This document shows, one piece after another, positions 9,701-19,884 of a stretch of DNA of 64,000 nt. How positions within the stretch are numbered: position 1 is the first letter of the stretch; each line of letters opens with the position of its first letter. This stretch comes from a virus. Taxonomy: Duplodnaviria; Caudoviricetes. The notes below the pieces were generated by a model. That model was not told the origin of the DNA. It made no database searches and saw only the letters and a program-made list of their open reading frames with translations. The position numbers and the translations under genes were made by a program. The DNA lies in IMG/VR virus record IMGVR_UViG_3300033061_001635, positions 64,001-128,000 of that record; one strand, given 5' to 3'.

Positions 9701-11404
9701 TTTTATTTGAGCATTTAGATCAACCTGGGCATAATAAATATTATCCGGATTATTTAATGCCATTGTTACTTCTGGTTTATATTCAGTATCGTCCGCTCTA
9801 TAGAATTTTTGAACATATCCTGAATATGCAATATATGGTTTAAAAACAGAAGATTGACCATAAGTATTAAAAGAGGGCCTTGCAGTATTGTATAAAGGTA
9901 TTTGTATCAATAGTGATGCGTCATTAGTGTTAGTAATATTTATCAAATTCTGTCTTGTATCAAATACTGTAGAAATAACAGTGTTATCAAATGTTATAGT
10001 TTGATTATTGTATAATGTTAGACTATTAAAAGGATCCATTTGACCAGATAATGTTTTATCACAATAATACTCGATATTTTGGAATATGGATATTGCACGG
10101 TTATCCACTTTTAACTTATCGGTTTTTACTGTAAAGGTAGTATCAGTAGTAATATTAGCATAAGATCCATATTTTTGAAATAATTTATAAAATAGATCAT
10201 TTTGATTTCTAATTACATTATTATGAATTGTATTTTTAGAAAATTTCGTGTCTAGATATAATGAATCATTAGGAACAGTAGAAATGGTTTTTTGTAATTG
10301 TGTGCTAATATTTATCAATAATGTGTTTAATAGGGCCTGTGATGCGGCCGCATTAGCAAATGCTACCGTGTTGACATACTGTGTTATAAGATTCCTTATA
10401 GGAGTAGTATCTAGGGCCTTAATAGAGAATTCAGTAATAAACGGACTAGTACTTAGAGCATGAGCCAACGAACGATATAGTCTAGATCTTCTTAAATTCT
10501 TTGGTTTAATATTTCTTTCTTCATCTAGTGTTATAATTCTATATATTAAATTATAGCTTTTGTATAATGAAGACGATATGTAAGATTTAGGGGGTATATT
10601 ATTAGTTGATGAAAGAGTCACGTCCTCTGTATTATCATAATAAAAAAAACAATCTCCATCCGGAATCCAAAAGGTAGGATTTAAATTATTATCTTTGGTG
10701 GTGGTCTCTGTATCTTTTTCTTTATGAGCTAACTTAAAGGTTGCAGTTGATGATGCTTCCACTATGGAAGTATTTGCTTCAGCATTAAACGTCCAAACAT
10801 CATTTTGAAAAATTTTACTAGGATTACTAATGTCATATAATTTATTATCGTTTAATTTAATATATATTTTATCAGTACCGGTTGATGGTGTTAATCTGGA
10901 ACCATTAGGGAATTTATCAAGAGTTTGCGCTTTACCATCCATAATATTTGGATTATCTGAGAAATTATTATATCTATACCAACATAAAATTCCATAACAT
11001 AAATAATATGGTATATTAGAGCTATTTATTATCCAATCTATACTCATATTAGCAGTATTAGAAAATGATTTAAAATTACCAGTAAAACTATAAAAATTTT
11101 CTATACCTAATCTGCAACTCTTTAAATTAGGATTAGAGTTGTGATAGCTTCCATATGATGATAATAACTTTGTATTAATATTAGTATCATTATTAATAAA
11201 GATTGGTTGCCAAACATCTAATAAGGTACTATTAGCAGCCAAAGAATTTAACGTACTATATTTTGATGTTAAGTTACCAGCAAGACCAGAATCATAATTT
11301 AATTGATTATTAGAGTTCAAACTGAATGGTAGCAGATCATCTGATAATGAGTGCTTAAGCACATTACAGTAATCACTATTATCTAATAATATAGGTTTAA
11401 ACAT
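3776..11404 (-). CDS. Very large (2542 aa) virion/tail-tip protein with PKD-like and proprotein-convertase P-domain-like segments and one hydrophobic stretch
   Basis: 'FVWEQVGG...FYPEYTGKYTIKCTASTPFG' (PKD/Ig-like); 'IKDIEVKLN...NLIVWL...FSD.A...LCSWELIL' (P-domain-like with insertions); location in tail module. Confidence 0.6.
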   Translation of the reverse strand: MFKPILLDNSDYCNVLKHSLSDDLLPFSLNSNNQLNYDSGLAGNLTSKYSTLNSLAANSTLLDVWQPIFINNDTNINTKLLSSYGSYHNSNPNLKSCRLGIENFYSFTGNFKSFSNTANMSIDWIINSSNIPYYLCYGILCWYRYNNFSDNPNIMDGKAQTLDKFPNGSRLTPSTGTDKIYIKLNDNKLYDISNPSKIFQNDVWTFNAEANTSIVEASSTATFKLAHKEKDTETTTKDNNLNPTFWIPDGDCFFYYDNTEDVTLSSTNNIPPKSYISSSLYKSYNLIYRIITLDEERNIKPKNLRRSRLYRSLAHALSTSPFITEFSIKALDTTPIRNLITQYVNTVAFANAAASQALLNTLLINISTQLQKTISTVPNDSLYLDTKFSKNTIHNNVIRNQNDLFYKLFQKYGSYANITTDTTFTVKTDKLKVDNRAISIFQNIEYYCDKTLSGQMDPFNSLTLYNNQTITFDNTVISTVFDTRQNLINITNTNDASLLIQIPLYNTARPSFNTYGQSSVFKPYIAYSGYVQKFYRADDTEYKPEVTMALNNPDNIYYAQVDLNAQIKLNSDPYATHISNLYNDGEDGSPPLQVRTFKGIQGIRNENNDDNGIELVGIMLNSFDRVVGHDLGTPQSDVIGLPDSYLEQSMSFVWEQVGGRTGYFGTNFQGTDYRNATGFGHKTQFYPEYTGKYTIKCTASTPFGSFTKYKTFYVVDGKNLNNEAQYGKYWDPTSKSWISPIAINQWPAPLVIDKDNILCNTIKFNQIAINNIAGVFLPIQTNCATRRSLGNLGLGTTMLSEINNMGSECVFDFSNTFTLRNSPVLSIQYKPNNTTGKLYSIYLERIRTDDPKCSQCLSMYYPKITVEKSNQYLNGGETDVNRNVTLRQNKYSGQEGAGGSFELEKYVYRPEWNGYKSVDTVKEGHSSTYSFPQISTKFAPPIKSYGGYSRSFLDSLGINVTGLTKPSENTALPNVPSPIVSNNPTILPHVTGHPLNQPNIICMQKSIQLDGSGLKMPFIKGIFHPASGWIPHSGRLYSAHANKSSVLKFNPGGRDSFSFIGPKIDRLKSNQSDLVANQTIPKILSSTISLSISDGVRWECCAGTDAANQLHKNYADIDLSIFNGSHGYRILNKGEPKDYESLYSNNNPVVNDEFEYMQEIDTSYYKFAVTGPFSSVVGSKNKRIPKINNLSIKDIEVKLNFLNYVNTKNLIVWLDVEYDSKEKAARAEATDSPLLLRSKDFINQTINQNVFFGDYTYNQSKINILSNSGLNDYLKNLLNFNSVSGLDNSNFKLVLLNQETLYNNGYNFSIKFSDHASKHNSPYEIVNSQNYYSAASGSEYSYLLDPIRSKQTICQNNHEVLPTTAATGFSDRQACYHSSIIKLNNLNISNNTFNKFVSDSLFRNTPTSSCVSGSLDGETKFKLNIMVLDEEDDMVPRDNTINAQYLSEFETVKNISKSSLISNSLCSWELILHTEKERDFVPETKPSLTSYGNSDVLSLIDYKKGLIYNGHSFIADLSAYKHLLPLANYNAPHCCISDENMCSSPDNDPTGSITVQKPPQFPSWAILAIMTSTAAAGAMGGMGAVGVLAGIAGINNDAAYSAIISFLRATSYATELENEGKDVWMPDYKKYPFGSSEKILLNFKTPTSLWHTAEASIFKYHNTPILKNNQYKFVRLSRHNNFGKFTYKKITSYKELIDPKFIKNISGVSDGTALNPPNSYNNTVVNSGDILYDIVNSGLYLAGQTAALITNANNTSNKFENLNKANLYLSQNAVLSFGSSTQQFWHNDIINVDISGNKMITMSGRIPYDIFSYNDSIILMSGTTTLSNTIAKKALILQNNTYNSVFVMSSPIQSGYDIMCPNDNDTIFLTYKNETTVQDKVKNKYNIWGLNNTSKTINDTIDLQSTCNSIGSYGDASIFLEKNVLSNNICSNKLKNISEILNNHENDKIKHAKITLFQPSGTGTINESITNLTPSPAWFASKTYGYSYSKDEFVKPLLYRTEKLNREVVIIASGEKEQAIFENLNLSSAYNDMPKNISIIRTYYNQTLPTGVQSGILEVEGDYYNHIPIGSITSSELTTLKDRFNLITNTGIQTSLDNIVGKPDRTSTILASDNLKYIVQHYNSLPADSGSCDSRTTTSFTNCHKKNTFNKMEQLYQEEYDIADLIRSQTVLINNIPTLRSSLPDAHPLKINTDVLPKYGPVISGTGPISIEYKKLNENHYWINLDPNQGCFPDYEANPKVLVKTAYSCKVSNYGMTQSRNANDNVCNAKAPSDMQGENMTFKNSGPSIQGQDYTYTVDEAFVNQEMTRIQSEYGSAISSWKEIVKKRTFNINGDQTFYRDAFQDALPNEEIIVIVQETYKIPVQNYTPAPETIDTVSLPGMPPCNGSNGSPGGIGLLQDGDRTGKPTTIAATVNLFDQNNISVMVKKIPRLLRGVDRLTTIYRPGTTNNYRQGVGKPDIPTDFGDMPEPINNSFYVWYALNIQNNQLQYAPLPDFFKLQNEMIFRSFFGSVDRIENKTDSIVTGFPWELIPFEYDSSYGPM

Positions 11405-11430
11405 TGTATTCGTCCTTTTAACTTAATCTA

Positions 11431-14400
11431 TTATTGTTTTATAGAAGTTAATGTCCATTGACTGTCTATAAAAGAAAAAACTCCTATTTCATTCGTTGGA
11501 GTAGCAAATCCAAGGGGGTTAACATAGTTTACAGTAGATGTTGGAATAACATTACTTCTACGACTGGGAGTATATAATAAATTCAATAACACTTGATTTG
11601 AGCTTATGATTTTCCCCGTTGTTGTTATAACAGGCTTGCTCACTGGCTCATAAAATCCTGTTTTTGAATTATATCTACAGAGCAGTTTTGTTCCTTTTGG
11701 AGCACAGTATCCTGTTTTATCTTTAATATATATTAATCTCCTATATCCTTGGAGTAAAGGCTCGCTACTATATTCTATGTCATCAAAGAATCCTCTTGTC
11801 ACATATGTTTCATTAAAGTCTGGTTGTTTTATTAAATCCTCTTCTAATACAGCATAGATCATTCTGTATATATATTTTTTCTTTGTTTTTTTAGCAATAA
11901 ATTCATCTAAAGTAATAATATCATTAGAATTAGTAATTATATAGGGCGGATCAATTTCTTCTGCTCCTCCTCCTCCAGACCACACCCTTCTTTCTTCATC
12001 CCAGAACAAATCAATAGGACCGACCTTCCATAAGTCTGGTCTTTCGGCCCAATTTAGATAAAATTCATCTAATTTAACTTTATCTGACCATTTACCACCA
12101 CTAAATGTTTGAGTTTTGCTAATGATACTGCCTTTATATCCAACAAATGGTCCATCAGCACCAGGATCAGTTCCTCCATCAACATTATAATTGTCTTTAA
12201 TTTCAAATGAAGTAACTATAGTGTCTTTGCTAAACGTAGCAGGCAGGTAGGTTAATTCCTCTTCGTTGATAGTTTTAACATAATCAGCATTATTATATGT
12301 AAATTGCTCGCCATTAGAAAGATCTTTATAAGCCTTTGCTGTTCCATTAACTTTGATCAGTTGAAATCTTTTTGGTCTTCCATACAGATCAACAGCCACA
12401 GGCTCATCAGCAGCATTAGGAACAGGATATCCATCAGCATCATATCCCCAAGAATGTAATACTAATGGGCCTCTCAATCCAAAAAATCTTTGATTATTTT
12501 CATGTACGATTGTATTTGAAGGGTCTCCTCTTTTTTGTCTTTGACGATATAATCCACTATCTTTACTATAATAATCTAAATTATAAGGACTTGTGCTCTT
12601 ATTAATATTTTTGCTAATTTCTAAATAATATCCTTGTTTGTTTGGAGGAACTGATCCTCTACCAACAATTTCTATAGAATGTCTTGATCTGTCTCGGAAT
12701 ACTCGTCCTCCAGGAATTGAAGACGTTAAATCACCATGTTTTTTGTCTGGATGAACGCCGCTATAATTTTGGATATTAGCATTTTTGAATTCTCCATGAG
12801 GAACCACTATAGGATTAAGAGTAATAAGATTGATTGGAATTGTTTCATTATTTCCAACAGAAAGTTTAGCATTAAGTCTATTAGACCAATCCGTACATTT
12901 ATCACATGCTACACTCAGATTGGGCACAATAGTTTTTGTAGCAGAACCATACTGAGATATTTTGAATTTTCTAACCTTAGTACCTTTGCAAAATGGACAA
13001 AATGCAGTATTGTGTAAAGAATAAGCAAAAGTTGAATTTTTAAATGTAGGATAAAAAGATATTGGAGATAATAATCCATCTAAACTCATTGCTGATTGCA
13101 TTCCATAATCTTTTTGCAACTGATTTTCTACTTCTTTTCTTTCATATAGCCCAACAGTTGTTGTTATTCTACCAATATTCTTCAATAGTGGGGATGACGT
13201 TCCAGCGGTTAACGAAAAATTATTGTTACTATCTAAACCAGGATCTCCGCTAGATCTTGTTAGTTCCCATGAGGTTACATTATTTGATCTTGTTCCAAGA
13301 GTATTAAGGGCTGGACTATTAGCATAAGAAAAATCCTCTATATAATCCGGAGTTCTGGTAGGTTCGTGGATTAATGGTGATGCTTGACCTATTAATACTG
13401 TTGTGGGGCTCCATCCAAATAACTTGGATGCAAAATCATTGCTTCCAAATTGAGCTTGATTTAATCTTTCTTGTAGTAGATTCTCTCTTTCTTTATTCAT
13501 CATGTCATTAACATCTTGACGAACTTTAGCTATTTGTTTTCCTCTATATAAATTAGCTCTATTAATTTTCTTTATTCTATCAGTTTCTATTTTATTAAAA
13601 GCTCCTAGTTTTCGAGTATATGTTCTAAAAGTATAAGTACATGATATTCCTTGTTGTCCAACGCTAGTCTGTATGGATGTGACAATTGGTCCTTCGACAA
13701 AATTAGGACGTTGTCTTAAGTCTATAAGTCTATATTGATAATCAAAAGAACCATCCACACTGTTAGGATATGATATATACTGAACACCAGGTATATAATT
13801 TAAATTTATAGATGGAATAGTTGCTAATCCTTTAACGTCTTTTCCTGTAACTTCGCAATCTTTAATTTCTGCGGGGAGATATTTAACTCCAGTATTGGCA
13901 TTAATGATATTAAAATTTCCACCAAGATCCCACAGGGGCAATCCTGGCATTTCTAATTGGGCAGTTTCCAAAACTGATTGATAATTGGCTCGTCCTTCTA
14001 TCTCATTAAATGCTGCAATATCCATATAATGCATTCCGCCATAATTCCACGGAACAAATTCTTCATTAAAATCGATATCAACAGACGTGATCAGATTGTT
14101 CAAAGCCTGTTTAGCTTTCTCTATAGTGATTGCTGTTGTATTCGTTCTGGTGCAACTAACTAGAGATCCGTTAGCAACAGTTTGTTTTATTGTAAAACCT
14201 GTCGGGAACAGTCCAGTTGTTCCAGGAAAACATTGATTAAGAGGATAATTTGTCCAGGGTCCGTATGTGAATTGATTTGATTTAATTGGTATACCAGCAA
14301 AAAATGGATGGGCCGCTTTAGGAGCAAGCTCAACATTGTTGGCGGTATGATTAGAAGAAACAGTATATAATCCCAAAAAATAAGGATTTGCAACATCAGA

Positions 14401-17400
14401 TATAACAGCAGGACTAATATAGTTATACATAAATCCAATCCAAGCCCAATCCCAACTATCCTTTTGGGTACTTTTCATATAGATCATCAGATCTTCTGCC
14501 GCAACATTAGCTATAACTGTTCTGTTAGGATCTTTGGAATTTTCTTCACTAGTCATATTAATATTAACACCAGGAGAATCTATTAAGATTCTAGGATCTC
14601 GTGGAACCCAATTTTGCCCTACTATATTTTGAGGATTTAAAAATGCAAAATCTTCATCAACTGTTGTAGAAAGAAATAATTTTGATCTGGGTAAAATGTT
14701 TCCTGTATCAGTAATTAGTCTGTTCCAAGCATCATAAGACGGAAGATTAATATTAAGCTGAAGCTTACTAAGACTTGCTGACTCACCATACATTTGTGCC
14801 AAAACAGTAGCTGGAGTTGCTTGGTATTGTTGATCTATCACAACATAATCTTCTGAATTTAAAGAAGAATAATCTATAGAAGGAAATACGTAACTATTTG
14901 TGCAAGTTGTTGTTTTTGCTTCAAATAATGTTAGCCAGTTATTATAGCTAAAATAAGGATTAGCTTCTACGGTCTTCAGTTCATTTGTAGTATCGGCATT
15001 AGCGGCCAAACACTTTGCTTGTCTAACATAATCATAGTTATAATTATTATTATATCCTAATATGGGTTTGATCTTTCCTTGATCATCAGACAAAGTCATC
15101 CATTCTAAACCTCCAACAGTAAAAGCATCGTCAATAATATTTCCATACTCTTCCCAAGCTCCATCATTAGTTGGTTGATAATTATATTTTAATCTTCCAC
15201 CTCCTGCGAAAACGTAACCATAACCATTTCTTGTTGGAAATGCTACTCCTGCTGATGTATAGTCTTTATAGCCACCAAGAGAATCAGCATAAACCATATA
15301 TTTTTTACCATAATACTTAGCAATTTGTGTAATAAATTGATGTATTAATTTTAAATCTTGCATTGCTTTTTCTTGAATATATTGACTACCATCAGTTTTG
15401 TCAGGATGATATATTGTTGGATATAAATCGTCTCCTCCAATATTAGACCCCAAAAGTTTCCAATACCAATCTGTTTCTTCGAATGCTATTTTTTGAGCAT
15501 CTGCCACACTAAGAGACGGGTAACTACTCTTTAACTTATTTCTAGTATCAATATAATATGCTCGTCTAACCATTTCTATAATATCTGGTTTGTACGTTTT
15601 AGATAAAGAATATACAAGAAAGTTATCAAATCCCGCTAATGCTGCTCTAATTTCGCTCTCTGTTAATACAAAATATTCAACAGGATCGTATGTTGTTATG
15701 AATCCAGCATTATCAACAACACTGTTAGCAGCAGGGTTCGCAGGAGTAAACGTATAAGGCATATCAAAAGTATAATTTCCTTGATTATTAACAACTGAAT
15801 TAGCTTCTAAATAAAGTCTTGTGAGTGGAAGATTTAATGTTGGTAATTCTGATGTTCTTATCACCACGGCAGTTTGTCCTGTCCAAGAATCAAACCATAC
15901 AGGCCTTATTTCTCTAAGTTCATTAACAGCATCTTTATCAGTTCCTATTTTTACTCCTATTCTATTATCATTCACAAAACCAAAAAACGGACATATTGTG
16001 TCTAAAAATAATGGTATCCATCTGCCGCTAGATGGTATAGTAATAGAATGGCTAATTTTAAAAGAATTAAGATAATTGCCATTATTAACAGCAATACTAC
16101 TATTTAGTTCATTTGTTTTCCAATCGGTATCTTCCGTAGTAAACGGATTTGTTATTACCATTTCATTCTGATCATTGATAATCTGAACAAAACTTTGAGC
16201 CAATTGATTACTAGTTCCTATATAATCATTTAATAGTTTGTTGCGTGTTGATGTAAAATTTGGAAATCTAACTTTACCATGTCCATATTGGTAATTAAGA
16301 GGAGAAGCTGGCGCGTTATTTACATTGCTTTCGTTTATTGGATTTTGCAAGCTAAAATAATTAACAAACTCTTTAGTACGAGGATTCATTACAAAGTTAT
16401 TTTGACTATATGCTAATCTATAGCTTTTAACTTGATATAATCGTTGTTGTTGTCCTCCAACTAATAAACATCTACTAGGAGTATCATTTTTTTCTTTTCC
16501 AAAAGAATGAGAAGATATTCGATATCCATCACATTCTAAACTTTTGATAGTATTTTCTATTACTGCTGGATGAGGCTGTTTTAATCTTGATATTGTTTTA
16601 ACTTTAATAACATTATATAATCTACCAGTATAAGTTATAGGATCCATTTCTATATTAAAATCATTACCAGATTGTTCTCCTATGATATTTAAAAATTCAG
16701 TTATGCTTAATGATGGTTCATTAATTCTGAAACTGTCCGGAAATCTTTTAATTGTTCTGTTAGCATCAGCCCAATAAACATCATTTAAATCTAATACAAA
16801 TTGACATCTAGTATCATTATTATTAACCATATGTAGAAAATTTTGAGGATAAACTATACCAAAAGTATAACAAGATGTTGTATTATAAATACTAGCAATT
16901 GGCGACTCTTGTTGCATCATTTTTGATATGATACGACCAAAAGGAGAAAATGCTCTTTTTATAGCATAGGCTTCGCGGCCAGTAACAATAGTATCTAATT
17001 TGTGAGTACTATTATGAGTTGTTGAAGTTAATGCCATTAATGCTTGTAATATGCTATTAACACTAATTCCAGATTCGTTACTATGAGCTCCTCCGAAACT
17101 GTTGTATCCTAGAGATTCTAAAAAGCCGTAAATATTAAAAATATTTGGCATAGCTCCTTCGTACAATTGAGTTTTAGTAAAATCTATTCCTTGAGATAGC
17201 AAATAATTTCCAGGAGCACCATAGATTGTGGTCGGTGAAGCTGATTTTTTTCCAAAAATTGATCCGCCATAACTATTTAAAATCATCATACAGGAATTGA
17301 GTATTGACTGAGGGCCGTTAATTATAACGGTAAATCGTCTTCCTCCACTACTAGTATCTTTGGTCCATGACTGAACAAATCCTCCAAATGTAAAATTACC

Positions 17401-17922
17401 CATTTTAAAATAAACAGGAACATCAATAATATCATATCTATAATCGGGGTGTGCTGCATCTGTTGGGCCCGGCGTGTCTACTGTTCCGTCGGGCTTGATC
17501 CTAGTTTTGTGTCCTATGAACCCTGGGTCGGGTCTTTTCCAATATCTTGACTGTAACCCAACATCACTTAATTGATAATATACTTTTCCCTTTACTATTC
17601 TATTTTCTACTGGAGTATTTGTTGATGCAACACCTCCTGTGTATTTGTCCACAAAACAACTTATTCCGGCGCAACCATCAAAATGACCAACGCTGGTATC
17701 GTCAGAACCTTGAAACTGCATATAGCTGGATCCATCTGAATCTTTTCTAGCCACGTTGTCAGGATCACAAAGCCATGATAATTCGTCTTCTATAAGATTA
17801 ACAGTTAATTGAGATGGTTGAGTTCCCCATCCCATATTTGTGGAAAAACTTGATACACTAGCTCCTAAGAATAGTGTTTGAGCAATAGGCTTATCTGTTC
17901 CTGAGCACGGTACTGTTGGCAT
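11431..17922 (-). CDS. Large (2163 aa) tail tip / baseplate-hub-like protein
   Basis: Position downstream of TMP and fibres; beta-rich N-terminus 'FLGASVSSFSTNMGWG...LTVNLIED'; hub-like 'VTSIQTSVGQQGISCTYTFRT' followed by a coiled coil; CPFC...CDKC Zn ribbon. Confidence 0.5.
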   Translation of the reverse strand: MPTVPCSGTDKPIAQTLFLGASVSSFSTNMGWGTQPSQLTVNLIEDELSWLCDPDNVARKDSDGSSYMQFQGSDDTSVGHFDGCAGISCFVDKYTGGVASTNTPVENRIVKGKVYYQLSDVGLQSRYWKRPDPGFIGHKTRIKPDGTVDTPGPTDAAHPDYRYDIIDVPVYFKMGNFTFGGFVQSWTKDTSSGGRRFTVIINGPQSILNSCMMILNSYGGSIFGKKSASPTTIYGAPGNYLLSQGIDFTKTQLYEGAMPNIFNIYGFLESLGYNSFGGAHSNESGISVNSILQALMALTSTTHNSTHKLDTIVTGREAYAIKRAFSPFGRIISKMMQQESPIASIYNTTSCYTFGIVYPQNFLHMVNNNDTRCQFVLDLNDVYWADANRTIKRFPDSFRINEPSLSITEFLNIIGEQSGNDFNIEMDPITYTGRLYNVIKVKTISRLKQPHPAVIENTIKSLECDGYRISSHSFGKEKNDTPSRCLLVGGQQQRLYQVKSYRLAYSQNNFVMNPRTKEFVNYFSLQNPINESNVNNAPASPLNYQYGHGKVRFPNFTSTRNKLLNDYIGTSNQLAQSFVQIINDQNEMVITNPFTTEDTDWKTNELNSSIAVNNGNYLNSFKISHSITIPSSGRWIPLFLDTICPFFGFVNDNRIGVKIGTDKDAVNELREIRPVWFDSWTGQTAVVIRTSELPTLNLPLTRLYLEANSVVNNQGNYTFDMPYTFTPANPAANSVVDNAGFITTYDPVEYFVLTESEIRAALAGFDNFLVYSLSKTYKPDIIEMVRRAYYIDTRNKLKSSYPSLSVADAQKIAFEETDWYWKLLGSNIGGDDLYPTIYHPDKTDGSQYIQEKAMQDLKLIHQFITQIAKYYGKKYMVYADSLGGYKDYTSAGVAFPTRNGYGYVFAGGGRLKYNYQPTNDGAWEEYGNIIDDAFTVGGLEWMTLSDDQGKIKPILGYNNNYNYDYVRQAKCLAANADTTNELKTVEANPYFSYNNWLTLFEAKTTTCTNSYVFPSIDYSSLNSEDYVVIDQQYQATPATVLAQMYGESASLSKLQLNINLPSYDAWNRLITDTGNILPRSKLFLSTTVDEDFAFLNPQNIVGQNWVPRDPRILIDSPGVNINMTSEENSKDPNRTVIANVAAEDLMIYMKSTQKDSWDWAWIGFMYNYISPAVISDVANPYFLGLYTVSSNHTANNVELAPKAAHPFFAGIPIKSNQFTYGPWTNYPLNQCFPGTTGLFPTGFTIKQTVANGSLVSCTRTNTTAITIEKAKQALNNLITSVDIDFNEEFVPWNYGGMHYMDIAAFNEIEGRANYQSVLETAQLEMPGLPLWDLGGNFNIINANTGVKYLPAEIKDCEVTGKDVKGLATIPSINLNYIPGVQYISYPNSVDGSFDYQYRLIDLRQRPNFVEGPIVTSIQTSVGQQGISCTYTFRTYTRKLGAFNKIETDRIKKINRANLYRGKQIAKVRQDVNDMMNKERENLLQERLNQAQFGSNDFASKLFGWSPTTVLIGQASPLIHEPTRTPDYIEDFSYANSPALNTLGTRSNNVTSWELTRSSGDPGLDSNNNFSLTAGTSSPLLKNIGRITTTVGLYERKEVENQLQKDYGMQSAMSLDGLLSPISFYPTFKNSTFAYSLHNTAFCPFCKGTKVRKFKISQYGSATKTIVPNLSVACDKCTDWSNRLNAKLSVGNNETIPINLITLNPIVVPHGEFKNANIQNYSGVHPDKKHGDLTSSIPGGRVFRDRSRHSIEIVGRGSVPPNKQGYYLEISKNINKSTSPYNLDYYSKDSGLYRQRQKRGDPSNTIVHENNQRFFGLRGPLVLHSWGYDADGYPVPNAADEPVAVDLYGRPKRFQLIKVNGTAKAYKDLSNGEQFTYNNADYVKTINEEELTYLPATFSKDTIVTSFEIKDNYNVDGGTDPGADGPFVGYKGSIISKTQTFSGGKWSDKVKLDEFYLNWAERPDLWKVGPIDLFWDEERRVWSGGGGAEEIDPPYIITNSNDIITLDEFIAKKTKKKYIYRMIYAVLEEDLIKQPDFNETYVTRGFFDDIEYSSEPLLQGYRRLIYIKDKTGYCAPKGTKLLCRYNSKTGFYEPVSKPVITTTGKIISSNQVLLNLLYTPSRRSNVIPTSTVNYVNPLGFATPTNEIGVFSFIDSQWTLTSIKQ

Positions 17923-17925
17923 ATA

Positions 17926-19866
17926 TTAATGATCCAGGTAAGATTTGGCTGATGTACATTGCTGATAAATCCAACCAACTGTTCTAACGTATCTTCCGCT
18001 ATTTGGTTCCCATTGTTGATTATCCTGAGTAAGATAAGCTTGGCCGGCCATATTTGTTCTGGTATTAGCGCTTCCAAATATATTAGCTATTCTATCTCCA
18101 AATGGCTTAAATCCTTCTATCATTCCTGACACAGTTCTGTATATTGTTCCACCAGTCCACAAAGGACAATCCGAATGAGTAATAAAAAATCCATTCATAC
18201 TAGTTGGAGGAACAACTCCAAGTTCTATCGTAATTGTTTTTTTAGCAGATGTTGTGGTATTTAAGGACTGTAGTACGGGACCAAGTGCTCTTCCTAATAC
18301 GAAAGCTTCTCCAATAACAGCAGTTGGTCCAGTATCGTCCATTGATACATTTTCATACAATACTCCACTAATAATAGTAAATTTATTATGAAATTGATAA
18401 CTATAAGATATGGATCCTTTTTTAACATTATGTGTTTCAGATGTTGCTATTGGTATAATATTTAATACATTATGTTTAGAATAAATAGGATTATTTGGTG
18501 GTTGAGGAGGATTAGTGGGCGTTCCAACATATCCTTTGTTTCTATCATGTATACAATTCATTCCTATGCAAGCTCTGCGATATAAATACGGTTTAACGTC
18601 ATTAATCCATCCACTCAATGCATTTTGATATTTACTAGCTTTTATTACGGCATAAGGCGAAGCGGTATTTGCTGTTTGATTAGATTCTATTGTTGGCACA
18701 GGTACAAATGCCAGATCTTTTAATAGTCCTGATCCTATGCTAAAGTCCAATTTAATCGGATTGCCACTTCCGCTAACATAAGGAACTCCTGTTATATTAG
18801 AGCTAGCAATATTTAATCCTCTAATTTCTCCCTGTACACTAACAGTATGAATATATTTATCATCAGTTGTAGTTTCTATAGTATAATCCTCAATGAATGA
18901 TATTCCTGTTGGCATGCCTAACCAAGTGTCTGTTATTTCATATTTTGCAGAATGAATATCAAAATTTATAGCTCTTAAATGATTATATAAATATCCTTTA
19001 CCAACACCCATAGGAGTCCAAAAAGGAGAAGGAGAAGAGAATACCGAGCTAGCTCTTCCTTCTACCCACTTTTTGGCCTCATGAAAAGCGGAAACTGCTA
19101 AGGCAGGATATCTATCAAGAGGAATGGTAGATCCTATAGGATTACAAGACCCTGTGCCAGAGGGTATGCCAACGGCACTGATTGTACGAGATACTTTAAA
19201 TTGTGGTATATTCCGGTAATTTATATCATAAGTAGCTGTTGGAGTTGCTCCAACTGGTTGCGCACTACTTCGTCCTGCTGCTGCCTGTATAATTTTTGGA
19301 TTATCTTTTTCAACTTTATGAGTTATATTTATTTTATCATCAGCATAAACATAGTCTTCTAATGGTTCAATACTCCAATTATCACTATATGATTTTACAT
19401 ACCATCCGCTATATCCTGGTTCAAGATACTCTAATGTTGCTGAATAATCAGCGGTATTTACCCAATTATCATTTGTTTTAGTAAAATCTAAACTAACAAA
19501 TCTTACTCCACTAGCACTATATATATCAGCATTGTCACAGGTTATCTTAAAAAGTCCACAAGAATCTGGTTTAAAAATATTTTTAATTTTTTGTATACCC
19601 TCCATCACATTTTTAATACCACTATTTTTTACAATTTTACCCATAACTGTAATTTTATTATTAATAACTAATGGCTCTCCAATGTCATTTCTTTCAACGT
19701 TAGCTGAAAGCTCAACCATAGGAGTTGGTCCAGCAGCATCATGTATTCCGCTACCATTAAAATAAACAATAACGGATCTGGTTGATGCAGGCGCGCCTGG
19801 ACTTTGTATAAATACTTGGTTATCTTCACTAATTTTACTATTTAATATATCCAAAGAATAAACCAT
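17926..19866 (-). CDS. Tail structural protein (distal-tail/tube-fold-like, putative)
   Basis: 646-aa beta-rich ORF with internally repeated character, immediately upstream of the hub-like gene; AAAGGA RBS. Confidence 0.45.
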   Translation of the reverse strand: MVYSLDILNSKISEDNQVFIQSPGAPASTRSVIVYFNGSGIHDAAGPTPMVELSANVERNDIGEPLVINNKITVMGKIVKNSGIKNVMEGIQKIKNIFKPDSCGLFKITCDNADIYSASGVRFVSLDFTKTNDNWVNTADYSATLEYLEPGYSGWYVKSYSDNWSIEPLEDYVYADDKINITHKVEKDNPKIIQAAAGRSSAQPVGATPTATYDINYRNIPQFKVSRTISAVGIPSGTGSCNPIGSTIPLDRYPALAVSAFHEAKKWVEGRASSVFSSPSPFWTPMGVGKGYLYNHLRAINFDIHSAKYEITDTWLGMPTGISFIEDYTIETTTDDKYIHTVSVQGEIRGLNIASSNITGVPYVSGSGNPIKLDFSIGSGLLKDLAFVPVPTIESNQTANTASPYAVIKASKYQNALSGWINDVKPYLYRRACIGMNCIHDRNKGYVGTPTNPPQPPNNPIYSKHNVLNIIPIATSETHNVKKGSISYSYQFHNKFTIISGVLYENVSMDDTGPTAVIGEAFVLGRALGPVLQSLNTTTSAKKTITIELGVVPPTSMNGFFITHSDCPLWTGGTIYRTVSGMIEGFKPFGDRIANIFGSANTRTNMAGQAYLTQDNQQWEPNSGRYVRTVGWIYQQCTSAKSYLDH

Positions 19867-19884
19867 ATTTGTCCTTTCGATCCT